From Planctomycetota bacterium (GTDB lineage Bacteria > Planctomycetota > B15-G4), in NCBI GenBank assembly GCA_052387675.1, contig JBQTIY010000001.1, forward strand, positions 93,480 through 157,479: DNA of 64,000 nt, given 5' to 3'. Of the stretch, positions 62,970 through 64,000 are shown piece by piece. Position numbers and translations under genes: made by a program. The notes under the pieces are model-generated. The model worked only from the letters and a program-made list of their open reading frames with translations. It had not been told where the DNA came from and made no database searches. How positions within the stretch are numbered: position 1 is the first letter of the stretch; the number at the start of each line of letters is the position of its first letter.

Positions 62970-64000
62970 GCCGCCAATCCTTCATTCAACTCTGCAAGCA
63001 GTGGCTGGAGCTGGTTACCGAAGACCTTGAAGGCGCGGCCATAGCCGCCCTGCTGGCCAAACCAGCCGTCTTGGAACGCATCGGGCTCGATGGCGAGGCT
63101 GGTGCCGATGTGCTCGGCCATGCGGTCAAGCCATTCGCGCTGCTCGCCGGTGAATGTCGCCCCGGACTTCTCCTTGTGCCGGATCCATTCGAGGTATTTC
63201 AGGCGCACTTCCCAGGCGAAGGGTTCGAGCGGCGCGGCGGGCACAATGGCATGGCGAACGAGGGAAACGAGGTCGGCAAGCTGGTCGCCGGGGTGTGCGG
63301 TGCCCGGCACGACTTCGGCTACTTTTGCGGCCTCCACGATCTCAAACGCGCGCCAGAGCTGCGTTGGGGTGGCGGCGAGCGGCGGTGTGGCAAGCGCGTC
63401 CCGCAACAGGCGGAGGTCCTTCAGCGAGAGCTTGAGCGGCTTTGTACCGGAGTAGAGCACTTGCAGGGCGGTGAGATGGTCCTTGTTTGCGGCAATCCAC
63501 GCGCGGAAGTCCTGTACCTTCGCCCGCGCTTTCTCCACGGCGGAGGCGTCGAAGCCGGAGAACGTCACTGTGTCAATCGTATGCCGGTCAATGGTCTGCT
63601 CGTTCTGCGCACGGATCTCGAGGATTCGGCGGCGGAGCGCGGCCTTGAGCAGCGGTGCAACGGCCTGTTGCGCGAGCCGCTCCGTGGCCTGGGCAATCTG
63701 CGGCTCAGTCGGATGCCCGGTGCCGAACTGGAGCTTCGCAGCGTCAATTTGCGCATCGGCATCGCAGGCGCGCATGAGATCGGCGGAAAGGTCCGGCAGA
63801 GACTTGCCCCCGGCGAGTTCGCGCAACTCGGCAAGTTGGGCCGGAGTAACTTCCCGCTGAAGCCGCGCGAGACGACCAGCCAGCGTGGTGAGCTCCTCCG
63901 CATCGGTTCCACCCTGGCCAACGTATTCCAGCAGCTGTTGCAGCGTGGCGGAGGGCTTGCGGTTGAGCGTGTGGGAATCCGTCTTGTCCTGCTCGCAGAC
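62966..64000 (-). CDS. hsdR: Type I restriction enzyme R subunit, C-terminal part (5' end beyond right window edge)
   Basis: The reading frame stays open to position 64000; the ORF track starts it at an internal TTG (63826). The C-terminal region (TVTFSGFDASAVEKARAKVQDFRAWIAANKDHLTALQVLY...) resembles the EcoEI-type HsdR C-terminal domain. 4-nt overlap with the hsdS start. Confidence 0.7.
   Translation of the reverse strand, partial: VCEQDKTDSHTLNRKPSATLQQLLEYVGQGGTDAEELTTLAGRLARLQREVTPAQLAELRELAGGKSLPDLSADLMRACDADAQIDAAKLQFGTGHPTEPQIAQATERLAQQAVAPLLKAALRRRILEIRAQNEQTIDRHTIDTVTFSGFDASAVEKARAKVQDFRAWIAANKDHLTALQVLYSGTKPLKLSLKDLRLLRDALATPPLAATPTQLWRAFEIVEAAKVAEVVPGTAHPGDQLADLVSLVRHAIVPAAPLEPFAWEVRLKYLEWIRHKEKSGATFTGEQREWLDRMAEHIGTSLAIEPDAFQDGWFGQQGGYGRAFKVFGNQLQPLLAELNEGLAA

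Overview
High-G+C bacterial chromosomal window. The phylum cannot be assigned from sequence alone; lipoboxes, a Tat signal and many secreted beta-propeller / CarboxypepD_reg-type proteins suggest an environmental Gram-negative lineage. The left ~43 kb is mostly core genes in tightly coupled operons, many with 4-nt start/stop overlaps. They include rnd - TPR/CHAT-like - two paralogous lipoproteins; trkA-trkH-trkH; a HEAT-repeat protein; aroK; tRNA-Glu(CUC); an SDR epimerase, an MBL hydrolase and esterases. They also include a GntR - ABC ATPase - membrane protein - S9 peptidase operon, DUF72, duplicated CDGSH genes and NfeD-flotillin. Six accessory or unusual modules stand out. (i) A PqqD-like / HPr-kinase-like / nucleotidyltransferase operon faces a split radical-SAM + SPASM pair, with no visible precursor, cyclase or exporter. 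(ii) A three-member family combines a coiled coil, a basic or AT-hook linker and a HARE-HTH-like domain; two copies bracket the radical-SAM genes. (iii) Three copies plus one stub of an 80-aa MshEN-like mini-gene share a conserved leader carrying GGAATTCC; one copy is a clear pseudogene. (iv) Two secreted repeat proteins share a 62-nt 5' leader and a ~90-130 aa C-terminal domain. (v) A ~10 kb segment (about 43.6-54 kb) looks lower in G+C by eye and encodes only hypothetical exported proteins, an HTH protein, an S1 protease and a ParB-like HTH fragment. (vi) A Type I R-M locus (hsdR partial, hsdS, hsdM) sits at the right edge next to two orphan genes. I recognised no CRISPR array, rRNA, transposase or integrase. 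All family calls rest on motifs read by eye from the supplied translations; no database search was run.
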